A stretch of DNA of 64,000 bases from Octopus vulgaris (taxonomy: Eukaryota). Position 1 is the first letter of the stretch. The number at the start of each line of letters is the position of its first letter. The notes beneath the pieces are model-generated. The model saw only the letters and a program-made list of their open reading frames with translations, did not search any database and was not told the origin of the DNA. Positions 14,098 to 27,500 of this stretch are shown here, one piece after another. The stretch covers positions 12,090,001-12,154,000 of the forward strand of contig OX597830.1 of assembly GCA_951406725.2 (NCBI GenBank), read 5' to 3'. The translations under genes were made by a program, and so were the position numbers.

Positions 14098-14254
14098 ATG
14101 CATACATTTTTTAAGTATGCTTCAGACTAATTCTCAAAAATACTTTTGATGTAATTGCACTTATAATTTGATGAATATTTCTTTGGAAACATGTTATACT
14201 GAACTGTAATTGACCATTTGTAATATTCATATATATATATGTGTTTGTATGATT

Positions 14255-14640
14255 CATCATTATCATCTGCTTTTCATGCTGGCATGGGTTGGCCGGTTTG
14301 ACTGAGGACTGGCAAGCCGAGATGATGCACCAGGCTCCAGTCTGATCTGGCAAGGTCTCTACAGCTGGATGCCTTTCCTAACCCCAACCATTCCAAGAGT
14401 GTAGTGGGTGCTTTTTACATGCCACTGGCATAGGAGACAATGAAGCAGCCCAGGCATTGACCACACTTAAATGGTGGTTTTTAGATGCCACCAGCATGGG
14501 AGCCAGTCAGGTGGCACGGGCATCAGTCATACTCAGACAGTGCCTTCTATGTGCCACCAGCACAGGAGCTAGTCTGGCAGCACTGGCATCAACCATGCTT
14601 GAATGGTGCTTTTTACATGGCACCAGAATGGATGCCAGTC
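14255..14640 (-). mobile_element. SINE/LINE-tail family C (ggcacgtaaaaagcacc tandem units, (gat)n tail)
   Basis: Reverse complement of the element seen at 23607-23864, 28165-28490 and 60090-60393. Confidence 0.8.
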
Positions 14641-14925
14641 AGAATATATTAATCAATGAAATTCTGATTTTCATGTTTTATTATTTGCAATTTTTACAAT
14701 TTTACGATATTGAAATAAACTAGTACTTTCATGTGTTGCGCAATCATCAGGTTTACATAGTGACAGCCGTGTTCCATAATTGACAACTGTGACAATTCAC
14801 AGTTGTCAAAGTGCGTGACTTCAGAATGAGACTACTTTGAAGCAGATTAAATGAGGAATTGATAATGTGCTGTAGTATTATAGCACCAGACCCAATACTT
14901 TTTGATCAGAGTTCATATATATATG

Positions 14926-15170
14926 TAAGAAATTAGATAAATGAGAAGGGAATATGAAATTATGTCATGATCTTTATTAGCATACAGCTGTTTCTGCTAT
15001 AAGTTGCAATGCACTCATATCATGTGCTTTCGCAAATAAAATTACCCTCCATTTTTGAGGTTCTAATGAAACTGTAGGGTAATACAAAAGCACTCAACTG
15101 TGAGTGCCTTGCATTATATCGTAGTTCATGACATGATTTCTTATTCCCTTGTCATTTATTCAATTTCTTA
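14926..15170. mobile_element. Short element bounded by ~47-bp inverted repeats
   Basis: taagaaattagataaatgagaagggaatatgaaattatgtcatga at 14926 matches the reverse complement of ~15124-15170 with a few mismatches. Confidence 0.75.
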
Positions 15171-15506
15171 TTACTGCTCTCTACTTGACTGACACTCTGT
15201 TCTGAAGCATATGTATACTGAGTTCTAACACCAGCTTATTAGTATTGCTATGCCTAAGTGAAATAATAAAACATACACATACACACACAGATGGACATAT
15301 AATAAAGACACACACACACACACACATACACACATAGGTATGCTGTGTGGTTAAGAAGTTTGTTTCACAACCATATGCTTTCAGGTTTGGTCCTGCAGCA
15401 TGGTACCTTGTCTAGATGTCTTCTATAACCTCAAACCAACCAAAGCTTTTTGAATGAGTTTGGTAGATGTAGGATGCTGGTCAGCCATCCATGCTTGCAT
15501 GTCCAT

Positions 15507-15542
<36 letters not shown>

Positions 15543-15549
15543 ACATGTG

Positions 15550-15608
<59 letters not shown>
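15507..15608. repeat. (CA)n microsatellite
   Basis: CA runs with one short interruption. Confidence 0.97.
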
Positions 15609-15611
<3 letters not shown>

Positions 15612-15659
15612 TATTGCATAACTTTTGTATGAAATATGAGGATTCATAAATCTTTGGTG

Positions 15660-16400
15660 TCATTTCCTTCATTGCAGTGTATACTATGACTGCTGTGTGG
15701 AAGATATTCTGCACCTAGCTGTGCTCTGTCATGGGAAATATCCCCAATAGGGACACATACTTGGTCATGGGAGTTCTCAGTACATCTGCTGAGGTTGACA
15801 GAATGGGATATGAGAGTGTTGTCAGCCCTTTTGTATCCAGTGCTGGGAGTGAAAGTAGTGTGATGCTCCTGGGCTTTGGTAAAAGCCACAGATTTCACAT
15901 TGCTGGCCCCTGGTATCAATTTCCTGAGCTGCACAGCTGAACTTGGTATTCCAGTACTGGTCCTGTTGCAAAGGTAATCAACCATGTGCTTGTAGATGGC
16001 TGTTGAAGGGTCTTACAAAAATGCAGAGATTTTGAGAGTGCTGGTTTCATGTACACTGACCATAGGCTTGTGGCTATGTTGAGATTATGACTGAAATCTT
16101 AGAGGCAGCAAGTCTTAGACTGGATATTGATCAATTCAAAGGTAACATCATAAGTAAGGCTTATTTCCAGCAGCTTCTGTCTGTGGTATGTGGGGCTGGT
16201 CCCTCAACTGGTGGTGTGGGACTCTGGGAAACTTACAGAGATACTCTGATATCAACTGCTGGAAGGTGTCTTAGTTTCCAAAAAACAGGTAAGGAGATCT
16301 TTCCTTTCCAGGGGGACTCTCACATTGGTGGAGTGTCACTGATGGGTAGGGCTAGGGATTTGGTAGGAGTTCATTGTACTATTGTTCATCAGGTATAATT
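15660..16400 (+). mobile_element. Degraded LINE APE-endonuclease fragment (RTE-like)
   Basis: Remnant motifs IAGPWYQ..H..TWYSSTG..KVINHVLVDG and TDHRLV, broken by stops and frameshifts. Confidence 0.6.
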
Positions 16401-16542
16401 TCAGTTCCATATAACTGAATTCAGTCATTTAAGCCTTATGAACTAGGATTGTATGATGAACCTACAAAACTTTAAGTTGCATGGAATTGAATCAAATTGT
16501 TACTAACACACAAACACACATCCACACACATTTATAGGTATA

Positions 16543-16958
16543 GGCATGGCTGTGTCATAAGAACTTTGCTTCCCAGTCACATACTTCCAGGTTTAGTCCC
16601 GCTGAATGGCGCCTTGGGCAAGTACCTTCTACTATAACCTTGATCTGACCAAATCCTTGTGAGTGGATTTGGTAGATGGAAACTGAAAGAAGCCCATCAT
16701 ATATATATATATATATATGTATATATCTACAAGTGTATGTATCTGTGTCTTGTCTACCCCCCCCCCCGCGCCACCACTTCACAACTGGTCTTTGTGTGTT
16801 TACATCAATGTAACTTAGCAGTGTGACAAGAGGCTGATGGAATAAATACCAGACCTAAAGAATAAGTCCTGGGGTTGATTTGTTTGGCTAAAATCCTTCA
16901 AGGTTGTTCCCCAGCATGGCCACAGTCATATGACTGAAACAAATAAAAGATAAAAGAT
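16543..16958 (+). mobile_element. SINE family A, older diverged subfamily
   Basis: Homologous head and body; (taaaaga)n tail. Confidence 0.85.
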
Positions 16959-17029
16959 ATATATGTGTGTATATGCATAAGTATATATATGGAGAACGGA
17001 CGTTAAACGACGATGATGATGATGTATAT

Positions 17030-17220
17030 GTAGAGTTAATCCAGACATGAAAACGCAAAGAGAAAACACAACAACGCGAGGACGTGGAACAAATATAGTA
17101 TTATTGGACGCTCAGGAAAAAGGGAAGAAGGAGGGTTTAACGTTTCAAGCGGAGCTCTTCGTCGGAAACATAGGAGAAGGGAAGACAGAGGAAAAAAATC
17201 GCCAACGGTGCACACGCGGT
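17030..17220 (-). mobile_element. Penelope-type terminal-repeat-like element with minimal hammerhead-like motif
   Basis: Minus strand reads gttt-CCGACGA-agagc-tcc-gctt-GAAA-cg-TT-aaac; CpG-rich relative to the flanks. Confidence 0.5.
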
Positions 17221-17373
17221 CATATGTATATATGTATGTGCATGTGTGTGTGTGCATTTGTGTGCAATATTGCATAGTAGCAGAATGTGAGCATTGAATC
17301 TGGAAGATATGCATAACCGGAAAGAAATAAGATGTGCATGATTTAGTGACTGTGTAATGTTAGTACACACATA

Positions 17374-17790
17374 GGCGCAGGAGTGGCTGTGTGGTAAGTA
17401 GCTTGCTAACCAACCACATGGTTCTGGGTTCAGTCCCACTGCGTGGCTTCTTGGGCAAGTGTCTTCTGCTATAGCCTCGGGCCGACCAAAGCCTTGTGAG
17501 TGGATTTGGTAGACGGAAACTGAAAGAAGCCTGTCGTATATATGTATATATATATATGTGTGTGTGTATGTTTGTGTGTCTGTGTTTGTCCCCCTAGCAT
17601 TGCTTGACAACCGATGCTGGTGTGTTTATGTCCCCGTCACTTAGCGGTTTTCGGCAAAAGAGACCGATAGAATAAGTACTGGGCTTACAAAGAATAAGTC
17701 CCGGGGTCGATTTGCTCGACTAAAGGCGGTGCTCCAGCATGGCCGCAGTCAAATGACTGAAACAAGTAAAAGAGAGTAAAAAAAAGAGAG
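17374..17790 (+). mobile_element. SINE family A, full length, inserted in an RTE fragment
   Basis: Near-consensus copy. The flanks (~17290-17370 and 17800-18110) read as a degraded RTE C-terminus. Confidence 0.9.
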
Positions 17791-19106
17791 TATATATGAC
17801 TCAGCACTGATGAGCCGAGAAAGAAACTGGATGTTTTTGGGAATCAGATATAGTATGTAAGAGGTTAAAAACGAGTTGGTATCCACACATGGCGTGTATG
17901 GAAGTTGAGGGATAAAAATGTGTGGAATGAGACAAGTGAGAGGATCCTGCTGGAGAAAAACATTGAGGAACACACGAAAGCGAATACAAGTTGATCTCAG
18001 GATGTTGAACCTCACAAAGAGGACAAAAGATTACACAGGCAGTAAGACAGCAACGAGACACTGTAGTGGAGGAGACTTGTCCTATCCTTGTGAGAAAAGA
18101 AAAAACAGGTGTAAAATGATGATGGTGGTGAAGATGATTTTGTGGTGGTAGTGGTGGTGTTAGTGTGTGTGTGTGTGTGTTTAAAAACAGATACCCTGAA
18201 CTGATGGGGGTAAGCATTGTTAAAAATTACATGTACAAGTATAGTGTGTAGTAACATGCATGTGTGTGTGACTAATAATAATGAGTGAGGGAGAGACAGT
18301 AGATTTTGTAGCAATAGCTGACAGACAATTTATCAGAATGCTTTACCTTGTTCAGAGCTATTTCTCTTGTTTTGCAGCTCATCTGCTTTTTGCATAATAA
18401 TTTCTACTGTTTCACAGCTTAGAAAGTATTCCTTTTCAAAGCTTTGTACTGTGCAACAGCTTAAACAATGTAAAAAACAGCAAATTTTTCTTTTGATATC
18501 AATGCCAACATATATAAAAACTTAGGAATGATAATGCTTTCCCTCATCACTCTAAATTAAATATTCGTTTATTCATAGGTTTAATAGGAGGTTTAAATTT
18601 TTTATGCATTAATTAGTTACTGCCCTTCCCTCTAGAGTATTGGTTTTATTATGGGAATTATGACTATGTATAATGATATGTATATGGTTACAATCTATGT
18701 ATTTGGTTTTGCATGGGTTTCATAATCTTCATTAAAGTATTATTCAGGCATGTGCAATACAGTCGTATCTAGGTATGACTGTATTATGTGTATGTACACA
18801 TGTTTATATGTGTGTGTATAGATGTAGTTTTGAATCTTTATCAATACATAAGTGCGTGTAGTTGTCTATATTTCCATTAGATATATGTATATATATATAT
18901 ACATGTATATATGAATTTACATACATACATACACACGTACATGCATGCATACATACATACATACATACATACATACATACATACATACATACATACATAA
19001 TGTATATATTCTCTCAAGTGGTATATATGAATATCTTAGTATTTACACATTGAACACTGTAGTGGTTTCCTTTTTTGATATCATTACGAATTTTTTTTTT
19101 TTTGTA

Positions 19107-19325
19107 AGGTGACAAGCTGGTAGCATTGTTAGTGTGTCAAATAAAATGCTTAGCAGCATTCCTTCCAGCTCCTTATAGTCTGAGTTCAAATCTCACTGAT
19201 GCCAACTTTACCATTTTTCCTTTCAGGATCAATAAAATAAAGTACCAGTCAAATACTGGCATCTATGTAATCAACTTATTGTTCCCCTAAAATTTCTAGC
19301 TTTATGCCAAACTTTTAAACCATTA
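19107..19325 (+). mobile_element. SINE family B (ggcgagctggcagaa...gagttcaaat head), diverged
   Basis: Homologous to copies at about 24020, 26946, 28502, 29510, 30285, 35093, 35675 and 58960. Confidence 0.75.
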
Positions 19326-19493
19326 ATAACACTTTTTTATGTAAAAATCCAAGGAACGAACTATTAACAAATAGCTATATATTAAAGTAATCTCTTTGTT
19401 ATATACATAAGCAAAATTTCTCATGAATATTATTCTAAATGTTTTTATCAATTAAGACCAAGCCAGTTATTCATTTATTTTACTTATTTTTAG

Positions 19494-19526
19494 AAAGGAG
19501 ATAATATCAAGAAATTCAGAGAAGAA
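19494..19526 (+). CDS. PCBP3: Poly(rC)-binding protein (PCBP3-like) coding exon, KH1 part (KGDNIKKFREE), 33 nt
   Basis: ttttag acceptor and gtgagt donor; phase 0-0. The peptide matches the PCBP KH1 segment after the GxxG loop (vertebrate KGESVKKMREE). Confidence 0.9.
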
Positions 19527-20429
19527 GTGAGTATGGATATTTGTTTCACACTTTCTTTTTATAATATTTTAATATTATGCTTTAATTCTCTAAAAATATT
19601 TTAGTAATTTATTTATAACCTTTTAGCCTTATTTTTTAAAATTAAATTATTACATTTAAAAATCAAATTAAATGAATATTTTCTAACTTGTGATTAAATA
19701 AAACATTTATCTTTGGGCTCATTATATATGAAAATATATGCATTGTTCATTAAGAAAATTAATTTTTAAAAACCATTTAAATATTTTCTACTGGTGCAAT
19801 AGTAATTTCTTGGTAAAACAAGTTTGTAATCTAGTTTTATTCTTTATTGGATCTACCTTCAAAACACGCATTGAGTCGAAACAGGGGCAGCTGAAGAAGG
19901 GGAATGTTCCTTGTGTTGGTTGTCTTGTACTCTGTTTTTTCGTTGTTAAAAAAAATTCCGTTTCCTTTTTTGGTTTTATGTTTTCGTTTCACGTTGTGTT
20001 CTACGTTTATTTGTGGTGTCCTGTACCCATATATGCATGTATATATACATATAGATGTAGGTATGTACATATATGTATGTATGTATGCATATGTTTTATT
20101 TATTAAATTGTAATATGTTACATTATAACTTCCTATATTCTTTCCTTTATAAATATGCTGCTTTATAGGAATAATGGTTCCATTACACACAGAAACAAGA
20201 GTCTTCTGGTGTCAAAACATTAAAATAGTTAAATTAAGACAAAGAAACAGCAAATGTTTTTTGTTCAATATCAGATGGATATGACTTTGCCTTTCATCTG
20301 TCCCTTATGAGATTAATTTGGATATTGGCATAAATATTAAAAGTCCTTTACTGTATATTTATCAAGATCTGTTTTTTTTTGTTGATGCTTTTAAATGGTT
20401 TTCAAATGCATGTTTTTTGTTTATTATAG

Positions 20430-20546
20430 AGTGGAGCTAAAATTAACATATCAGATGGCTCTTGCCCAGAACGAATAGTAACAATTACAGGTTCTTTAGA
20501 GAGCATTAACAGAGCCTTTACAATGATTTGTAAAAAATTTGAAGAG
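20430..20546 (+). CDS. PCBP3: PCBP3-like exon, KH1 C-terminal half (SGAKINISDGSCPERIVTITGSLESINRAFTMICKKFEE)
   Basis: tatag acceptor, gtttgt donor, 117 nt, phase 0-0. Matches PCBP SGARINISEGNCPERIITL. Confidence 0.95.
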
Positions 20547-20823
20547 GTTTGTTCTAATAACATTTTAAACTTCTCGTAAATATTCATTTATATTTTGAAG
20601 CAGTTTTATGTGTTTATAAATTGGCATAAAGATTTTAAAGATTTTTTTAATGATCTTTTGATAAATATTTTGTTATAGCTATGTTATTTTAATGAATAAT
20701 TTAATTTCTTTACTTTTTAAATTGATACTAATTTTAATTTGAATTTTTATTAATGATAATTATTCATTTATTAAAGATATAACTTAATTTAAAATCTTTC
20801 TTCATTTTCCTAATTGCTATTAG

Positions 20824-20967
<144 letters not shown>

Positions 20968-21397
20968 TAATTTTTCATTGATTATATTTATTCCCTTAAT
21001 TCAGTTTGGTTAGTGCGTAGTAGTATTGCTACTAACATGAAAATTAAATTGATGCTCAAGCTTATAAATGCCACAAATTTCATACTGTTAATGGTCAATT
21101 TCCACCAAGCAGTAAATGTCTACAATTGTACCAATTATTGGCTATTAAGCTAAAAGAATGACAGAAACAGTGGAATGTTAAACTCAATGCTTTTCTGTGT
21201 TTGGTGCTTTTCATTTACTGCATTCTAAATTCAAACTCAGCTGGAGTTGGCTAAAATCAATAAAATAAATTTAATTTCAAATTAATCAACTCTTTGACTT
21301 GACTTGACTTGACAGCATTTACCCAGGGTGGGTTGAGCTGGCTTCATTCATCCTCAATGCTGCATCTCTCACAAGGCTAATGACCGTGTGATCTCCA

Positions 21398-21512
21398 AAT
21401 TTGAATTTTTATTAAAGATAATTATTCATTTATTAAAGATATAACTTAATTTAAAATCTTTCTTCATTTTCCTAATTGCTATTAGGATCTTCAGAACACA
21501 CCTACGGTGCCT
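21398..21512 (+). repeat. 115-bp dispersed copy of 20736-20850 (intron end, acceptor and first 27 nt of the KH2 exon)
   Basis: Direct match at offset 662 with one visible mismatch (taatgat vs taaagat). Confidence 0.95.
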
Positions 21513-22071
21513 TTACATATATATGGTCTTTTCAGAATGTAAGAAATTCAAATTTGTGGTAATTAAAAGATTAGTATTAACAAAACTCAAACAAATTTCA
21601 TTTACTATCAAAATATGGAATTGTGTTAAATTTCTTCCAACAACTTTTGAATTTCTAACAATTTAAAATATTTTCCCGAGATTATTGTCAAACAAATGTA
21701 GTTCTGATATAGTTTTAGATACTGATGATGAAAATCACATTCATATTTAATCTAGAAATTAACAATAAAGAAGTTACAAGCATTTAAAGTTATGTAATTT
21801 TAGCCAATCAAAAGCCTCCATTGCCAATATATTGGTTGCCATGGAAATGAGCACAAACAAGGATAAGACAATGACAATGAAACCTTTAGGTGTTCTCTCA
21901 ACCTGCTAGAAATAGTAGCTAAATCTTTCTTAAATTACACTATATCATCTAAAAAACAAACGAAAACCATGAGGTTGCAAAGTGAACTTCTTAACTGCAC
22001 ACTGCACAGTCATATCTGCATCATATACATATATTCTTATGTATGTATGTATGTATGTATATATATATATA

Positions 22072-22282
22072 GGCGCATGGCCATATGGGCAGCGGACTTG
22101 CGGTCGGAGGATCGCGGTTTCAATTCCCAGACAGGGCGTTGTGTGTGTTTATTGAGCGAAAAGACCTAAAAGCTCCACGAGGCTCCGGCAGGGGATGGTG
22201 GTGATCCCTGCTGTACTCTTTCACCACTCTTTCACCACATGGCCGCAGTCAAATGACTGAAACAAGTACAAAAAAAAAAAAA
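22072..22282 (+). mobile_element. Chimeric SINE: family D 5' part joined to the family A 3' tail and poly-A
   Basis: 22072-22238 matches the reverse complement of ~50080-50249; it is followed by atggccgcagtcaaatgactgaaacaagta (family A tail) and an A-run. Confidence 0.7.
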
Positions 22283-22283
22283 A

Positions 22284-22316
<33 letters not shown>

Positions 22317-22750
22317 TTTTCAGTAATTTAAGCTTAAAAGAGACAAGTTTCTGTTAGAGGCCTGTGAATCTGTTTTAAATAACACATGTAACTCCCACAA
22401 AAATGTGTTATGCATCTTTGTCTTTCATTTGTCCACTCACCTGTGTGTGTATATATATAAATATATATATATATAGGTGCAGGTGTGGTTGTGTGGTAAG
22501 AAGTATTAATTTTATGTATATACATTAGCAAATCACTAAATCCTTCATTAATTTGGATGACGTAAACATATACACTAATAGAGACACAAGCTGCAGAAAG
22601 CTGAAATTAGGGTTAATTACATCATTAGACCATTCTAGCTCGTATTTCTAGCAATGTAGGTGTTTCTTAACGCCCTAGTCACATTTAGTGACAATTATAA
22701 TTCTCCTTTTTGGTGAAACATTGCAACCTGCTGTTTATATTAATTGTGTG

Positions 22751-23174
<424 letters not shown>

Positions 23175-23319
23175 CCCTCATGCCAGTGGCACGTAAAAGC
23201 ACCTACTACACTCTCAGAGTGGTTGGCGTTAGGAAGGGCATCCAATTAACAGAAAATTAAGAGTGGAGAATTATAGTGTGATAGATGAATGGGAATAAAG
23301 CTTAAAAGCGTAGAAATAG

Positions 23320-23350
<31 letters not shown>

Positions 23351-23379
23351 GTGGAAATGAAATGTAAGAAGACAGTTAA

Positions 23380-23605
23380 AGGCTGAATTTTATAGATTGG
23401 TAGAAATTGCTTATTGGAACTAAAGGCATGTTTTTGCCAATGTTCACAATGATAAGCGCATTCGTTAAATAAGAAAAGGATGAGAAATTGTTCTTCATTA
23501 CAGAGTAGACAAAAAGATTTACCTTTGTCATATGGGAAGGATCTAGATAGAATATTCCATTCCAAATCGAATTGTTTATTATGTTCCTTTAGAGACCAAA
23601 TTAAG
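23380..23605 (-). mobile_element. Penelope-like GIY-YIG endonuclease C-terminal fragment
   Basis: IWSLKEHNKQFDLEWNILSRSFPYDKGKSFCLLCNEE resembles the PLE endonuclease tail (W.IL....Y.....C.LC..E). Confidence 0.65.
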
Positions 23606-23606
23606 A

Positions 23607-23864
23607 GACCGGTGGCACGTAAAAAGCACCACTCGAGTGTGGTTGTTGCCAGTGTAGCCTGACTGTCCCTCATGCTGGTGGCACATAAAATGCACCTTCT
23701 ACACTCTTGGAGTGATTGGCGTTAGGAAGGGCATCCAGCTGTGGAAACTTTGCCAGTTCAGATTGGAGCCTGGTGCAGCTGTCTGGTTTGCCAGTCCTCA
23801 GTCAAATCATCCAACCCATGCTAGCATGGAAAGCAGACGTTAAATGATGATGATGATGATGATG
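23607..23864 (+). mobile_element. Family C repeat with (gat)n tail
   Basis: ggcacgtaaaaagcacc units, gttaggaagggcatccagctg and ccatgctagcatggaaagc, ending gatgatgat. Confidence 0.85.
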
Positions 23865-24363
23865 AAAACTATATAACAATATTTATGACTTGCAAGTAAT
23901 TTCATTTGTGAGTTAGAACAAAGACTTTTGCATTGTAGTAGAGTCATTGTAGCCATTAAAACACAGACATGGCTATATTTAGTTTTACTTTAATAAAATC
24001 TACACATTTCACCTGACTATATGTTCTGAGTTCAAATTTCACTAAGGTCGACTTTGCCTATCATCCTTTCAGGGTTGATAAATTAAGTACCAGTTGTGTA
24101 CTGGAGTCGATTTAATTGACTGGCCCCTTTCCCCAAAATTTCAGGCCTCGTGCTTGGAGTAGGAAAGAATAAAGTCTACACATTTTTTTATTGTTCTAAA
24201 GACTATATCTCACTGAGTATTTTCATTCACCATAATATAAATTTTTTGAAATATGTATTTTTGACATCAGTACAAACTTTTGATTTTTTTTATCAATATT
24301 TTCTCTCTGAATATTTAAAAAATATAACTTGAAAATTTTTTTCTTAATCTTATTCATTAATAG

Positions 24364-24525
<162 letters not shown>

Positions 24526-27500
24526 TAGTTTTCAAATTCTTTCTAACATTGTTAAGTTTATTAAGATTTTAAGAATTAATTTTTATAGTATATATTGTAA
24601 CTAAGTAAAGAAAACCAGTTTGTTCATTATTAAATTATATGAGTTCTACTCTTTTGCTCTTGGCTTATATTCACATTTATCTGATAAAAAGTTATATACT
24701 GAAGTGAAGATGATAGTATTAGAAGTAGGTCCATGTTAGCCCAAGTTCCAGCTAGCTCTGTGAAATATTCATGAATTTTACAGCACTGCCATGGCTTAAT
24801 TGTGGTAAGTTATTTCTCCCTTTGGTATCTGTTTACTGCTGAGTGTATTTGTACAGAAGCGGTAACTTGATTTAAACTGCCTACTTTGGTTGATTGTCTG
24901 GCTCCCTTTAGAATTGGTTATTTGCAGCTTTTGTGCATGGTAACAATGCTAGAATTTCTTTTGTTTTGGTCAAATGAAAAATATGATTAATGAAAAGCCA
25001 AAAGCCAGAAAATAAGTTATTCTAAAATATGTGGATTTTAAATTATGATATAAATGTCTCTTCTTTTTAATTAATTTAATTTTTCAAAATATATGATCTG
25101 TGCCTGTAAACCCCTTTTTATTCATTTGCTTATTTATGTACTATCTCTATGGTTAGAATGAACAAGTCAGTTTAAAGTTGTGTCGAAATGTCTCATCTCT
25201 TCCCTCCACCATCACTTTTTCTTCTCTTTCTCTTTGTTTTCACCATAAATTAAAGCACTAAGATTTGAAATAAATGAATGAACCAGCACTATATAATTTT
25301 TCACCAAAGACTAATGTTATTCATAGCTACTGATTTAGCATTTCTGTTTTTTTGTTAGTGTTATTATATACATTTTCTAGACATAGTTAAGATTTTGATA
25401 ATCTTTACTTTTAATAACATAAATGTATGTCCATCTCTTTTTAAATTGATTACTGAATTCTATTGAATAACATTTTATCAAATTTAGATTACTAAATCAA
25501 ATTAAATTCTACATTGACTACAAACATTTTTTAATGCACTTAACTTCAAATGCCATTGCCCACAGGTCAATAGATAGATCATATTTTCAGTTAATTATTA
25601 TAATTTCTGTAAATTATGAACTCAGATTATAAAACGTTATCCAAATGCTTCTTCAAAATCTATTTCTAGAATGCTTTAGTGGCTTGCTGAAGAATTTGTT
25701 GTTGGTGTTGTCATAATTCAAAATTGCATTTCAGTAGTTGAAAGTGCCACGTTTTTGAAATAAAAAGAAATAGATACAATCAGTTTCTATTGTTTTGATA
25801 GAAGTTATTTCTAGAGTGGTGAAGATTGATTGTACTAAACCTAGAGCTGCATACCTTTCAATTATCTCTAGATGTCATATTTTAAAATTTATTTAGGTCA
25901 AATATATTCTCAAACAACTCCAATATTATTAATCGGAATTACAGAGCATGGAAACTTTATAACCCTAAATTATTTTACTGTTAAAATACTTTTGTTATAA
26001 CAATTTTACCTGTCATGGATGACTAATTCCTACTACTTTGGTATAAAATATAAGTGTGCCACATTTTCTTTCTATGTTGACCGAAAGGAATAGAATAAGA
26101 CATATACTTAATAGTAATTCCTTATAATCAAGGAATTTAATTACATAGCCATCACAGAAAAATAATCCATTTTCATTTTGATATTTATTTTGAAATGGAT
26201 TCACAAGTTGTGTATAATAGATTTTTGAAGATAATATATAATTCTTTTGATACATTTGATAATATAAAACTGCTCGAAACAACATTCAGTTTCTTAAATA
26301 AATAGACTGTCAAACAAATAGTTGTACAATGTGCATTGAAAAAAATATCTATTATTTATATTTTTTAATATTTACACCTTTATGATGTTAATGCTTACAT
26401 CTTGAACAAATTGTATCATAGATTTGTATTTCTTTGACAAATATGTTTTATATTCAGTGTAAAATTCTTAGTTGGCATATTTATATTGTTTTCAACATAT
26501 TATTTAGCATGTCTTAGTAATTTTGTGTCTGTGTATATTGATATATTATAATGTGTATTTTTTTTTAATGAGTAATCTTTTATTTCCAAATATTATTTTC
26601 TCTTTAGACAAAAAAACAAAAAAGCAAAGCAAAAAAAAAACAAAAAAGCAAAATAAAACCATAGATTTTAATCCTTGTTGAAATATAAAGAAGAAAACTA
26701 ATAGTGATGACTTGTCTTAGTCTTATGGAGTTTATAGTTTCTGAATATTTATAATAAAATGCAATTTTTGTTTTATAGAGAATCAGTCTTTTTGTGTCTC
26801 TTTGTCCTGACTTTTTTGGCTTGTGTATATATATATTTATGCACAGTCAGTAAATGAATATCTTTACAAGAGATTACTATAAATATTTTTGAAAGGAAGA
26901 TACTTCACTTTATTTGTTAAATTATTAATATTCAAATTAATTCAAAGGTGGTGAGCTGGTAGAACCTTTAGTATGCTTAGTGGAATGTTGTCCTTCATTA
27001 TGGTCTGAGTTCAACTTCTGCCAAAGTTTACTTAACCTTTCATCCTTAATAAAATAAGTACCAGTTGAGCACTGGGGTTGATGTACTCAATGTACCCCCT
27101 TTAACAAAATTGCTGGCCTTGTGCCAACATTTGAAACAAATATTTATTTAAATTATTTAGACTATAGTGTGATTTCAAGCATAAAATTTTTCTCTATGAC
27201 ATGTATAGAAATACACATATATACCAATATCACTTATATTCGATTCTATAATTTATAAGTCAAATATTTTTATTCTATGTGAGTATGATACAAAGAGAAA
27301 GGTTGATCTTATAATTCATTCATTCAGAACCTTAATTAAGAAATTAAATTCCTTTGAAATTGGAATATGATTCAGAGGAACTTATCATCAAACTTTGTGA
27401 TGTATTCTAGTCAGAGTTTTACATAGGCAATTCCACCTGGTCATTACATATTTGCAATATAAGAAAATGACTGCAAAATCATCAAAGCATATGTTAGTTT

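Noticed and set aside
17807-17830. CTGATGA...GAAAC as a canonical hammerhead
   Set aside because: No stem II or stem I pairing; the sequence lies in RTE coding remnant (STDE.REKLD).
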